Assembly: GCF_964355755.1 (NCBI RefSeq)
Contig: NC_092676.1
Location: 17,068,871 to 17,132,870 of the forward strand
Reading direction: 5' to 3'
Length of the DNA stretch: 64,000 nt
Source of the DNA: Antedon mediterranea
Lineage: Eukaryota > Animalia > Echinodermata
Made by a program: the position numbers and the translations under genes. Below, one piece after another: positions 50,401 to 64,000 of the stretch. Under the pieces are notes generated by a model. The model did no database searches. It saw only the letters and a list, made by a program, of their open reading frames with translations, and was not told where the DNA came from. The stretch's first letter is position 1, and each line of letters opens with the position of its first letter.

Positions 50401-53400
50401 GGAATTAATTGATTTCCTCAATGATATGATTGATAAGTTCTTATGGAGACATAAGTCCCTCAATAAGTTGATAGTGTATAACAATAACATAAAAAACAGA
50501 GGATAATCGTAATTTATTGCGAAGAAAACATTCATTCCTAGTGCGAACTAAGCCTTAAATAATGTGCCAACAAATTGGGTTGTGGGTATTAAATTTATTA
50601 TAACATTTTCTTAATTTATTTGCTCATAGCAGAAAAAGGCCCAATCAGTATGCCTTGTTAAAGTTTATTTTCTACAATAATTACAACTCATGTACAAAAA
50701 ATCATACCAAAAAAGTATTTGAAATGTTTATGTCTGTGATATCTACATCTCAACAAGAGCACACACAGCGAAAATAGGACTCTAGTTGACAGATGTTTGC
50801 ATAGATTAAAAAGCCTGAAGCTAAGCCTAGCCTAAACCCTGGGATAATATTACTGCTTGTGTGAATAGGTTATAAGGGAATCATATTGATATGTACACCT
50901 TGCTAAATTACAATCTGTTGTTACTTCATTCTTCGTTCGCTAGTGTTACTAGCAACTTACCGTAGAACAATATTATACAAATTTTGAATGTTTATGAGTG
51001 CAATGGTACAAATAATTTCATGAGGTAAAATATAAAAAATTTTCATCTTTCAGCGAATGGAATTATTTGTTCCATTGCACGAATATAAAAACATTCATTA
51101 TTTGTTTTATAACACACCTATTTTTAACGAGAGGCATTTCTTCAATTTTGGGCGCAGAGTATAAACAGTTATATTTAATAAAAGCCACGCACTACAGGTT
51201 GATCGAATATGATCAGTTTTGTGTAGCACTTGTGGTTGCTCACTCTCTATCAAATATGAGCATATTTACATCATTATTAGTTGAATAGAATATTTATTGA
51301 ATATCATATGTGACCCACAATTCTTTGATCAAATGACAAGAATCTATTTAGGTGTACTGTATTATAAAAGCTATATTATTTGCCAATGTTTCAAAGGACA
51401 TAATTCTTTTAACATGGGAATAACATTCAACAGTCAATAATTGTGCCAAGTGAACACTAATAATTTGTGATAAAAGATGATAAACAAAATATTTACAATA
51501 TTGGTTTTGTTGTTGTTGTCATAGAATTCAAGATAAAGTAATGTGAATTATGTGTGGGTTTTGACGACCTTTGGTCAGATTTTAAAGGATCCAAATGACT
51601 TCACTATTTTGTATGGGTGTTTTGGTCTAGAATAATCACCAAGTACTTTCTTTGCTTCTTGTGATATCTTGCATTTTAATTAAACATTTCCAAGTACTGC
51701 TTATATTTCCAGTTTGAATAAATCCTATCTATACCTACGTCATATCTTTTCCAATTTTAGAATATCTACTGTTCTATTTTTAAATGGCAAACAGCTTCCT
51801 ACTTTATAGGAGTTATCAGATATTCTATATTGTTTGGAAAACTTCTAACTCTGTCCATCCAACACTGAACGAATTGAGACTGCTCATGTACTGAGGCACC
51901 TTAGCTCTGGTGCCCCTGGGTTTTGCCATTGAGCGATCATAGCCTGTTATGCCACTGGTTCTGTGCCACTGATATATGGGAATGAAGATTATTATTATTA
52001 TATAAAATGTTGTTCAGCTTATGATAAACTTTTGGTTAAATGTATCATTGTAATTACAATAAAAACATTAAAAACGGATTAAGATGCTGACATTTAATCA
52101 ACATCTTAAGTTTTATGTTTTAAAAACATCATTATTTTTACGCAACCATGGTCAGAGTATTAATGAGTTTGAAATATGATATAATTATGATATATGGTAG
52201 TAATCACATTATAATTACAATGAGTTTTTAATGATTTTTATTAGAAATTAAATGAACTATGTGACCTTAACATATAATCAGTAATGATGTACCTCATTAA
52301 TTTATGATGCCTTTCTTATTTTCGAGTTGTAGCTCTCTTCTCGGTGAGAATAGGCTAATTGTCGGTATATCCAGGTAAGCTAGCACTTTAAACTGCAACA
52401 CCACTTTTTGTTTGTGTAATTTTTTTCTATCATTTAATAAACATTTTCCTCAATATCAATTTTTGACGGTTTTTGATAATATTATGTTATTCTCCATAAA
52501 ATTACTCTTCTAGTGATACAAATTAGGGTTAACACAAAGTTCTCTAATTATGCCTAAAACCATTGATCATTTATCAAATATTTGTGTAAAATGTAGGCTT
52601 ATCTCACAAATAAATATTTACATTGGCTAGCATTTCTTTGATATTATAGGATTATGGTTCTATACCTCTGTTTTTCTATAATCAACTAAGTCTAAGCTGT
52701 GACAAATCCTGTAAATAATCCAAGGACCAGGCTGCAGTTCTTTGTGTAATATTAATCTCCAAATCCATTGAACCCAAAAGACCATACACTGAACCCATAC
52801 TATGTCGGATACCAAATTTAACTTATTTTGATCTGTACTGAAAACTGTGATGCCCCAGATTGACTTACTTGGATCGATACATTTTTACCTGATTTTGCCA
52901 ATAGAAAGTTGATCCTTCAACAGAGATGGATCCAAAGGGCATGCTTATTTTGAGGAAAACTATTTTCATAGCATATAGTTATCTTAAGGGTCTGTTTCTC
53001 CTGCATCGCGCCGAATAGGCCTAAACCGCTAAAAAAAAAATATAATTTTTAGGCCGGTTGCAATAACATTATCATGACACCCCAGAGGCTACTATATCTA
53101 ATCTAGGTAATAAACATTTGTATTTTAAAAATCAATGACGGGCACCATTTAATATTGAATTCATGACAATTTTCTGCAAACTTAAAATACATTTTTGGCA
53201 AACAATACTTAAAAATTAAAAGTTTTCCCATCTCAAACTAATTGTTGTCATTGTGGTTTAGGATGAGATAGAGTACAGTAGCACATATTTCTGAAGTTAT
53301 TTCTTTTTAAATTTAAAATCAAGGTACACTAAGGATTTAAATAATGAATATATAATAAAAACTCTATGGCTCTTTTGGACACCTGTGCAGTATTGTACAT

Positions 53401-54179
53401 AATATCATTGTCAAGCCTACAGTACAGATTTAAGTCAATATTTACTGAGGTGTACTCTGGGTGTACTGATTGTAGGATGTTCCTATCTATGTTTGCTATA
53501 GATCATCAAGTGCTTTAACTAAGAATAATCAATAATGTTTTTTAGAGATTTTAGAAGAAGGTTTTTAGGAAAACAGGCTTACTTTACATTGGACTTCCAT
53601 ATGCTCTTGGAAGTTGTAAGCTGGTATTCTAAAAATAGTCCATTGTAATACATCACATATTATAATTGTTATCTGTGTCTTGGCTGCTTGCTCTGCCATT
53701 GTTTATACAGTATACACTATTTTGAAAAGAAGATTCATTACAGGTATGGTAGGTGTGGCTCAGGTGTATATAAGCTTATCTTCTGGTAGATATATTAATT
53801 TACAAAATGAATGAATTGGACTGTCTTAAACAGTTTATTTCACATTATTTAAAGGATGGTTTAATGTCACATGGGATTATACTTGCATCTGTATTGTACA
53901 GAAATAAATAGTTTGGGCCTGCTTTAGCTCTGAAAAAAATAACCAAATGACCCGTAATTTGTTTGTATCAGAAACTGAGACAGATTTTCAATAACCAGAT
54001 GGCAGCATGGAATTATCCACATGATTGGGAGATAACATCATTTAACCAGTTATCGCTGCAGTTTTAGCTACAACGCAAAATAACAATTATTTGACTACTG
54101 GATTTTTACAGATTTATTGATCAACGATCAAACTCCTATTAAAAATTATGTTTATGAAAACTGACTGAAATGCTGTAAG

Positions 54180-54530
54180 CTTCTTATAAACCTGTTGACC
54201 TTCATTATAGAAACTTATTTCATATTACGCTGTGTAATTATAATATTTAAAAAAAACAACAAGCCATGCAGTTATTTAGCTATAAGATGGAAATATGTAT
54301 TCTTGTTTTCATGCAATGAATGTTTATGAATTGAATGAGCAGAATATTTTGACAGGTTCTTCTTATAAACCTGTTTATACAAACTTATTTCATATTCCAC
54401 TGTATAATTATAATATTTATTTTAACAAGAATCCATGCAGTTATTTATCTGTAAGATGGAAATATGTAATTCTTATTATTATGCCAAATGAATGTTTCTG
54501 AGTTGAAATTGAATGAGAAGAATATTTTCA
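54180..54530. repeat. Diverged tandem duplication of about 180 bp
   Basis: 'tcttataaacctgtt...aaacttatttcatatt...ccatgcagttattta.ct.taagatggaaatatgta...aattgaatgag.agaatatttt' occurs twice. Confidence 0.85.
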
Positions 54531-57500
54531 CAAGTTGAATAGAACACACAATCTTTCAACAAATGCATAGCATTCAATATTTGTTTCATAACACTATACT
54601 GTTTCATATTAAGTAAATTATTTAACTTATCAACATAAAACCCACTTTTATTCAATCAATCTGTATGAAATACTTAACTTTGGCTCCTCTCTTTGGTGAA
54701 AGTATCTCAGTTGTATTGAATAATTTCTTTGTATTTTTACACAATAGTAATCAAAATAGTAGATCAAGGTATGTCCTTTTCATGAAATGATGAAGTAAAG
54801 TGTTTATGGATGATAGCACATCTTGTATGGGTTTTTTTTTTATTTTTCGAGTAATTTTCTTTGGCAGGAAAAGGCCTGTCAGTCTTCTGGTTTGTGTAAT
54901 TTTTTTTTAGATGCAGAGCAAAGATGACAAAATCTGCTTTCTATTTCATGCCTATAGCTTACCTGGATAAACAGACAAGACACTAGCCCTCGACTCTTTC
55001 GAAAAGAGGATAGAATTACGAAAATACAAAACTCTACATTTCCAGTTTTGGTATTATGTAATTCATCAACTTATCCCGTCTACACCTTAACATTTTTTCA
55101 GGACCTGGTTTTTTTAACAAAGGAATACAATAATCTATTTTTATGATATTTTTTAATTTCAAAAATATTTCTATTTGCTTTTCCGTAGAATCAAAACCAT
55201 GACAAATTTCTAACAATGTCTACAGATGTTTACCAATAAGATTCCTCTATATTTCTATTTATATTCCCGAATATCTACAGAACTGAATTCATTATTTCTA
55301 TAAAAGTGATACTAAATTTAGTATTTTGTATTAAGCACTTTTGTTCTGATATAAAATAAATGTTTGTGTTAACAACTTGTTTGTTCAACTTTATTCTTCA
55401 ACATTTTCACTAACAATAAAAACCTAACAATGACAATAATAGACATTCAATTTGTGGTAGAAACAAATTTGTAAATGTATAAACTTGCTTTATTATTCCC
55501 CTAAAATTATATTCTATTAACAATAGTGATTGCCTTTTGCATTGCTATCTTTTTCTGTTTTGTTTTCAATAGAATTAGAGTGAATTTTCTAGTTACTCAA
55601 TCAGAATGATTTTTATCATTTTCAGTAAACATGTCTTTACTGATTGTTCACAGATGTTTTCAAAAAATATTCATTGTTATATTCTGGAAGTACACACAAT
55701 GGAAATGGTGCTATACAATATATTATATTGTGGAATATGAAAACAGTCCTTTGTCTAAGTAAAATATTTCTATAGTAGACACATGATAATTTAAATGTCC
55801 TAGAAATTCACAACTCACACTTTGAACAAAAAAACACCGTCTGCTAGTGTATACAAGAATGTACAGGATTTCTAATCACTGAATGGTTTAGGTATAAACA
55901 TTGGGAATATATATTAGAGGGAGCTGTAGCAGACTGTAAAATTGATAGTTAGAGAATTTGCACTTCCTTTCGTATTTCTCCCCCACTTTGTTTGTCCAAG
56001 AAGCGACACTCATACATACTACCAACACCATTTATGTGTGTAATTATATGGATGTTTTAAAATTGAATTGTGACATATATGAATAGGTTCATCTGAGAGT
56101 AATGAGATGAGATGTCTTACATAATAACTACCAATAAAAATTCCTGTAACTATACACCTGACTGAACAATTTTTTAATTTTTTTTTCGAAATATTTATAA
56201 CTTTCAACAATTGAATAAAAGTGTGACTCAATATACACAGGGATTTGAAAACAAAGGCTAGAGGTATTTAAATACTACAATAGAATTCCTCATACTAAAC
56301 AGGTAAAGCTTGTATTATGACTCAAAGGTATGCAAAATGCATTGTTATTATTTAAAGCAAGTGAGCTTTTTGACTAATCAAACTAACACTGTCAAATGAA
56401 AGCAGAACGATCAAGCATTTGGCCTTCTTTGCTGGGTAAGTTTTATATTTTTTTTAAACATCTCACTATCCATAGTTTCATAAAGACAACATGATTGAAC
56501 TTATAAAGATTGCTGAAAATTAATTCTGTGATATTGACTTGTCTATAAAAGAGTTTGAAACTTAAAAGCAACTAGCAATAACTGTCAGGGAAAAGGTAGC
56601 CATTCCTGCCAGGGCTAATGCATAATGATTATAACATGTCGGTTCTGTTTTAGAATATCATAAATATTTAAATAATTCACAATGTGTGTTTACATTGAGA
56701 ATCAAAAGTCAGCTTAATAATGTGTTAAATTTAAAAAAATACAAAACTTTAATTTTTTCGCTTTTAAATCATTTAAATGAGCTTGACTTTTGGAAAGTTT
56801 TTTCGCATGGAAAGAAGCAATAATTGTTCATAAATTCCTGCTATTTTAATATGAAATGGTTGCATTAAGTAAATACTTCATTTACTCAGTTGTGGTATCA
56901 ACTAAACTCGGAACACTTTTTCATTTACTGTAACAATGGTAAAAGTTAAACTCTGGAGTTCAACTGCAAAATTTAGAAAAGATAATTGTTTCTGTTATAA
57001 AAGTATGTCCTTGCTTTTTAAAATGTTAATACATAATTGCTGTAAGATAAACTAGAGTAAATACATTGTTTATTCAGTTATGGAATCACCTGATCCTGTG
57101 AAAGATTTTTCCTTACACTATTGCTTAAGTAAGTTAAGATAGGTCCAAGTGACAGTCTTCAGTATTTCCATAACTGTTCATTTTAGCAACGCTTCCTTTC
57201 TTCTATAGAGAAATGAAAGTGTCAATCTATGAGTTCCTTGCTAGTTTAGTATGGAATGGTAACCACTCAGTTATATGGCATCACTAAACCTAAAAATTTT
57301 TCTGTTTCAAATTACTGAAAAAGTCTTGATGGTTCCATTTTAGAAACTGTCAGTTTAGCAAAGCTTTGTTTCTATAGGAAAATAAAAGATACAACTCCGA
57401 GTTCCTTTGCCTTTAGTATGAAATTTTGAAACAGATTGCTCATTATTGATTTTTTCCAGAACACATACACAAGTTTCACTTGAATTTCCATATTAAAACA

Positions 57501-57646
57501 GTGATAATGAGAAGTCTGCTGTTACTGTAGCATCTAAGCTGCATGAAGTCATGAAAGCTTTTTCAATATAGTACTGCTGTTGTCTCAATTCCGTAATTCT
57601 CGTATGATATAATTTAAATAATAAATACAATTACAACCAATAAAAT

Positions 57647-57981
57647 ATCAATCAATCAATCAATCGTTCGTTTTATATAGCGCCATTCCAACATTCATTG
57701 CTCATGGCGCTGTAAAAAAATCAGAAAAGGTGAGTTTTGAGTAGTGACTTAAAGTGACTCAATAATGATGTGTGTTTAATGTTCAAGGGTAGGTGGTTCC
57801 AGAGCCTAGGTCCAGCAACACTGAAAGTCCGATCTCCCCAACTATGTTTGCTCCTTGGAATGTCCAGTAGCACCTGATGACTAGATCTTAGTTCTCGCTT
57901 TCCCTTCTTGACTGTCAACAATTCTGAGAGATGTTTTGGAGCGCAACTAAATATGTTTAGTACTAGAGTTTTAAGCTCCAA
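57647..57981 (-). mobile_element. 5'-truncated L2-type LINE 3' end
   Basis: ORF2 C-terminus RELRSS..LLDIP....WGDRTFSVAGPRLWNHLP..IK....LSHFKSLLKTHLF*. The 3'UTR has a stem-loop (agcgccat...atggcgct) and an (ATTG)n tail. Confidence 0.9.
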
Positions 57982-60900
57982 GTGGTCAAAAATCGATTAA
58001 TTCTCCAATCAAAGTGTACAAATTGGCAGCAAGCGACAAAAACTGACTACCTACAGTAACTTAACTGTAGAACAATTCCCTTAACTATTGTACTGTGATA
58101 CAGTTTAAGTGGTAACATAAATATTAATTGATGACAACCAAGCTCTCCAGAATGGTTTAAAGTGGTTCTCTGATCAAAGTTTGCCAGACTAAGAAGAAGT
58201 ATAGATAAAATAAACACTTATCCAGTACTGATACAGTAGGTTAGGCCTATAAGCCATTAAAACATAGACCAAGAGAATTCAAAGACAAATTACAATATTA
58301 TTTGATGTTTTTTGTATTACAGTAGTAGATATGTTACATCTTATACTGTAGTATAATAACCAATATTTTGGTAGTTCACTTAATTGTCCGAAATTTATTT
58401 CTATATTGAGAGGATGATACTACTAATAATAGTTCAACACTGTACACTTGTAGTGGAGATATAACGTAGCATGTGAACAAAGTTATAAATTAGAGTATTT
58501 AAGTCAATGTGTATAGGTTATTTGGTTATTTAGGCTTGAATATGCATTCATCGGACTGTCAGAAGAAATTAATAATGCTGAAGACTATTTATTTTACAGT
58601 ATTTTAAAAATTAAATAAATTGTATTCTAACATTTCTTCTTCAATCAATTCAAGTGTCCATTAGGAAAAATATTCTGAAGACTTCAGTTTAAAAAAATGC
58701 AAAGAAGAAGCTGGAGAAAAACATAACTATGAACAAAAATGTCACGATCTGTCATGTCTCAGAATGGTGATTCATCGTTTTATGAGAATGGTTCCATTCA
58801 ATCTACGATTAATAAGGTGATATGGCAGTTATTGTATGCACTAATAATGACAGTTTGTTATTAAAAAACTCCATACAATTTAAAGATGAATATATTAATT
58901 TCTTATTTCCATATTGTCCTCTCTGTGAACTGTATGTACAGTATGTTTATATTATTAAATGAATTGTTATATTGGGATTCAAGCTAACAGTTAAAGGTTT
59001 ATGTAAACTGTTTATTATTGAACAGTAAACTGGTGTTTTTAGATACATTAATTTGTTTGTGTTCAATTGCATTCTATTTTCATTCATTTTATCTTAATTT
59101 TCATCAAGTGTACAGTACTATATGTTTGAAATATGAAAATCTTTATATTTTCCCAAATATACAGTAATTTTATAAAATGGACCACCATCATATAAAATAT
59201 TTGTTTTAAATAAATAAATATCTATACATTTATTTTAAAGATTCATATTTTTTTAGACTATGATGGGTTCTTTCCTAAGATTTTGGCAAAAAAGATTTTT
59301 TGGTGATATTCTGTGGTCTTTTTTTAATGTGTTTAACAATACTTTTTTTTCTTGTGTTTAAATAATTTTTATATTCTGAAATGTCATCATGATTGTGTTG
59401 TTAGTTTTCTACTAGTGGTTTCATCTTTGATGTTCTTATTTAAACAAAAAATATTTCTTACAAACAACGCTACTTTTTGACGTAACAATTTAAATTATTG
59501 TTCTTTTTTTCAGCAATAATGATTTATTAATATCAATTATTACCAGTAGTAAACATTTTGTGTACTGTAAATATAGTCTGGCCTATTGTATAAAATAATA
59601 ACAAAATGGCAATACAGTATAACCATAGAATTGAATTCCTTGGAAAAAGTGATTTACCAATTGTAAATCACCATCAATTAGCCTGTTATTGCATAGTATT
59701 GCATGGCCGTTGATTAATATTTAATCTTAAATGGTTTTACCACTGATTCACCTTTAATCATTTCCTGTTTTAAATATTCATTTGTGAAAAGTAATTTAAT
59801 TTAGGTCAAGATTTACCTTATTTAGCAGGAACATCGATTATCCTCATTTTAGAGAAAAACCATGATAATTTATTTTTTGCAATATTTCAAACAATTTGAC
59901 CTTGATGTAGTTATTTGTAAGGCATAAAAAACATTTAAATGTATAAAAATATATATGAATGCTCAGATATTGCATCACTTTCATTTGTTATAAGACGGCG
60001 TTCAGCAAATTGTGGCAACACAAACTGTATTTTAGGTAGTGAAATAACAAGGTTGTTTTTAAACTGGTATAGGGGGTCTACAGTACAGTATATACGATTC
60101 AATAGACTTTTATGGACGATAAACATGTGTCCAATTCTATTATTTAATCTTTATTGCCAGTCTATCATAATAGATAAAACTGGCATACACAAAGAACACT
60201 GTAAATAATAACAATAAACATACTGATAATGCACTGTACAAGAAAATTAAAGCCTTTAAAAACCATTGACAATGTGATAATTTTTAGTGCACCCTAAATT
60301 TTAGATTCCAATTTGCTGTACTGTAGAGTTGTTGTGAAAGCCTTTTGAAACCCATCCTTTATTGTATGGTACAATGGCTGTTCCAATTAAGATAAAGACA
60401 AGTTACACAAGGTTGTTAAAAGTGCCTAAAAAATCATACCCATAACTTTCTATTGGTACTTTGTACGCTGAACATTTACTCAAACAGGCAACATTGATCT
60501 TAAGTGATCCATACCATCCTGGCAAGCATCACAGTCACAAATTTATTTAGGAAGGGTTTAGATTTTTACCACCCCGAAACCAGTTTTAGAAATAGCAGGA
60601 TGGTGGGGTGGGGGGTATTTTCACAATGTAGTTAAGTTCTATTTGTTGTTAGCCGAAACCGTTCAAATTCATTTCAATGTAAATGTTTTTGATATGTTTA
60701 AAAATGACAATAGATTTACTTAACTTGACTTGAGATTAAACATTTAGCATATTTTCTTCTTTTTTTCTATAGAGCAATAGAAATTAAAAATATCGGGAGG
60801 ACATTTTTTTTTTTTATCGGGACATTGGATATTCTTTAGTTGATTCAAAATATCTGTAGACTTCCATCATTATCAGGAGAGTTGGTAGGTCTGTATATAG

Positions 60901-61530
60901 TGAAAACAGCACAAATCATGGATAGTTTAAATTGTACATTGTAGTTGTTTCTTTCTTGAGTTAGAAGATCAGGAAAAACAAATGTTGACAACATGTAAAA
61001 TATATTGATAGACAACACAAGAATGCGTCAACCATAAAAGAGCATTAAATATGCAATCTACAGATAGTGTTGCATGATTCCATCCTTCTTTACAGCACTT
61101 TGCAATCAGATGGAATTACCGCATGTACGCTAATATTAGGAAATAATTATTCTAGTGCAGTTTCAGTATTACCATAGAAACTTCATCTTGTCACAGAAAA
61201 CATTAGTGCCATTTTTAATTTGCCTAAAGAATGTTATGTCACATTTAATTTCCAACTCAATAATGTTCAGAAATGTATTTTTCATCACACTGTACTGAAA
61301 AATGTTAACATTTAAAACATTAATTAATTTATACTTTTAGTAAAGAGCAGAAAATGTATAATGCTACTGTACAGTATGTACAAATTAAAGTTTTTTGGCC
61401 ATTTTTTTTTTTAGCTATTTCAAAAAAGAAATTTTATTTTTAAAAACAAATGCATATTTCTTATTTTGAGGAAAACCCCACATGCAGTATATACATCTTG
61501 ACTACACCCCTGAGAAGTAAGGTTCTTTTT

Positions 61531-61840
61531 ACTCGGGGTACCCGAGTCTAGGACTCTCTCATCTTCTCCTCCATCCGACACTATTGAGTAAAATGTGCGA
61601 AGTACTACTCCTCCCTTATTCATTGTAGTATTGAGCTGGGATTTGTCATGAATATACTACAGGAACATGTCCTCAAAGCTATAGAGCCGGATTTTAAAAT
61701 TTCAAACCGGATGCAGCCATATCACGTCTCGAAGATGGTACCATATAGCCGTATTTGGTAGCGAGGTTATTGATGTGTATGTGACGTTACATCCGGTCTT
61801 ATGACGTCATTACAGCTTATTTTGCTGCTGTACCCCGAGT
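61531..61840. mobile_element. MITE-like element with TA-containing ends
   Basis: t-actcggggta ... taccccgagt-a; the interior is CpG-richer than the flanks. Confidence 0.55.
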
Positions 61841-61959
61841 ATCGCACATTCGTGCTTGTTACTACCTGTTCACATCCGAGCTTATTAATTTGAGTCTTTT
61901 TTTGTTCCTTTATACCATTATAAATGGTATTGTACCATGTTACTATCCTGGCATGTCTG

Positions 61960-62760
61960 TTTACTAATATTTCTTATTTTGAAGAAAGTTTCTGTTGATT
62001 TGTTAGTTATTTATGCTTACACCCCTGTGAACAGAAAAGAAACCCTCCTGTATGTTTCAAAGATAATTCTTATTTTGAGAAAATCCCAGTTTCCTTGAAT
62101 TTGGATAGAATTACTACCCTCTGACAAGTCAGTCTATTTATAATTCTTAGGTAAATCCAAGTTGATTTCAATGTTAACTTTACACACTTCATATTGATAG
62201 GAAGGGTGCATTTCTACCCCCAAATTTTGAGGAAAATCCTAGGTTATTCGATGCTTGACTTTACATTCTTGATATTGATAGGAAGGAAAGGAAGGGTCTG
62301 TCAATTTCAAATTTTGAGGTAAATCTAAGTTTATTGTTACGAAGGGTGAATTTCTACCCTCATATTTTGAGGAAAATCCAAGTTTATTCAAGCTTGAATT
62401 TACACCCTTGAAAATGATAGAAAGGGTGCATACAGTACAGTATACCCTCTGGCAATACTTAATGTGTAATCGTCCTCATTATGAGGTTTGGTTGTATTTC
62501 TGTATATACAGTATACAGTTTGAGCCTGTTTCAGGTACTACACCTGATATTGGTACAGTAGGAAGGGTGAATTTTCTCTACAGTAGTACCCTTTGACAAG
62601 GTTGTTTATTTCATGTTTTGAGGAAAATCAAATTTTACCTCACAGGTTGATAAAGAGTACATGTGTCACATCTGTTTCTTATTCAGGGGAAAATCCCTAT
62701 TTATTTGAGCTTTGACTTGGCACTCCTGAGCTTAATGGAAATGATATGTTTTCTACCTCC
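61960..62760. repeat. Degenerate tandem repeat region
   Basis: Recurrent 'ttttgaggaaaatcc' and 'gataggaagggtg.atttctaccc' motifs. Confidence 0.7.
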
Positions 62761-63770
62761 AGTTGCATTTCTTTAGTAAGGTTCAATGGATGAAGACTAG
62801 CTTTCTCAACTGTCTACAGCATGTTTGATGAATCAGACTGATAGAGAATATAGGAATTACAGAATAAATTAAGTTGACAGAGCATATTGACAGTATACTG
62901 ATAGGAATTACAGGTAGGCTACTGTATGTGATACAATGGTGAATTAGTACTTAGACTATTAACTGTATAGCTTGTTAACAAGCAATACAGTGTACAGATA
63001 GGGAATCATCTGCCAATTCTCCTTGAAACATATTTCCTGAAATAGATAACAAAAGTTTGATTGAAATCCCTTTCGATTATGAATTACTTTCTTTATATTT
63101 GGATTTTCCCATGAACATTAAATTGGAGGCTAAAAACAAACTAGGTATTAATAGACTAATGTTTATTGTTTATGTGTGGGAGTGTGGGGAAAATAAGAAT
63201 GCATGTTTACCCAAACATTTATGTGGTAAAGTACATTTATATTCTTTAATTCAAAGCTATTACTTCACATCTTAAATTTTAAAAAACAAAGCCAGAAATG
63301 TTTGTATTTCGACAATTAAAATAACTTAAAAAGTTATTAATGTTAAATTTCCTTTATCATTTGTTTGAATTATTGCTTTTTTATTTATTTATTTCTTATG
63401 TCAGTATAGTGTTGCTTACCATGCCAGTATTCCATATATGAAACCTTACCATCATGCATATGCTTGTCCTCATTTATTAGACTGTTGAGTCCTACATTTT
63501 ATTTCTAAGATTGTATATTATCAACATAGTTTTGTCTGTAGTGTTATAAAAATAGGTTACTTTACTATAGGTTTCATCAAACCAATGTTCACAAGATTAT
63601 ATACCTACTGCTAATGCCTACTATATGTTATCTATACACTCTTGTTCCCTATTATCAGTCTTTAATGTATGAACATATTCTTGTTAAATAGAGGAAATAT
63701 GTTTGGAATTGTAAGAATGTTAAATCACATACAAATAATAGCAGATAGTAGATAAATTCTAATTAAACTA

Positions 63771-64000
63771 AGGGCCTGTTCAGACCTACGGAGTTATGCT
63801 TTCGTATTGTACGCGGCGTACAAGTCCATAGGTCTGGACCAGGAAAAGATTAGTGGAAACCACCTCGTACGACACTGATATTTCGTACGTTACGAAAGCT
63901 CAAGGTATGAGTTTAGTGGACGTCGCTTACAATACGAAAGTCACGCATCGATGAATATGACCTAGGTTAGATATCTAGCCAATCAAATTACAATATTCGC
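63771..64000. mobile_element. MITE-like repeat, family C (continues past the window end)
   Basis: Begins 'agggcctgttcagac'. The internal 'caggaaaagattagtggaa' also occurs at about 36602 and, with one base fewer, at about 518. Confidence 0.55.

Overview
AT-rich, intron-containing metazoan genomic DNA, probably a marine invertebrate (inference from composition and repeat families; species not determinable). The left half is gene-dense. It holds DNAJC25 (-, 10 coding exons), PGP/G3PP HAD phosphatase (-, 8 exons) head-to-head with TMEM183 (+, 4 exons), an SRSF3/RBP1-type SR splicing factor (-) with a probable poison exon, and the first coding exon of a SAMD5-like gene (+). The remaining ~31 kb looks like that gene's long intron. 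It contains an intact single-ORF CR1/L2-group LINE (2A-like motif, PHD, APE, RT), an L2-type 3' fragment, a tRNA-like unit and several MITEs and tandem repeats. The most unusual items are two closely related copies of a chimeric 5S rRNA + tRNA + Deu-domain SINE (one lacking the Deu core), the 2A-bearing LINE, the SR-gene poison exon, and CTAG/GGCC-rich tracts next to gene starts. No prokaryotic features or CRISPR arrays. All exon coordinates were read by eye from GT/AG sites and reading-frame continuity.
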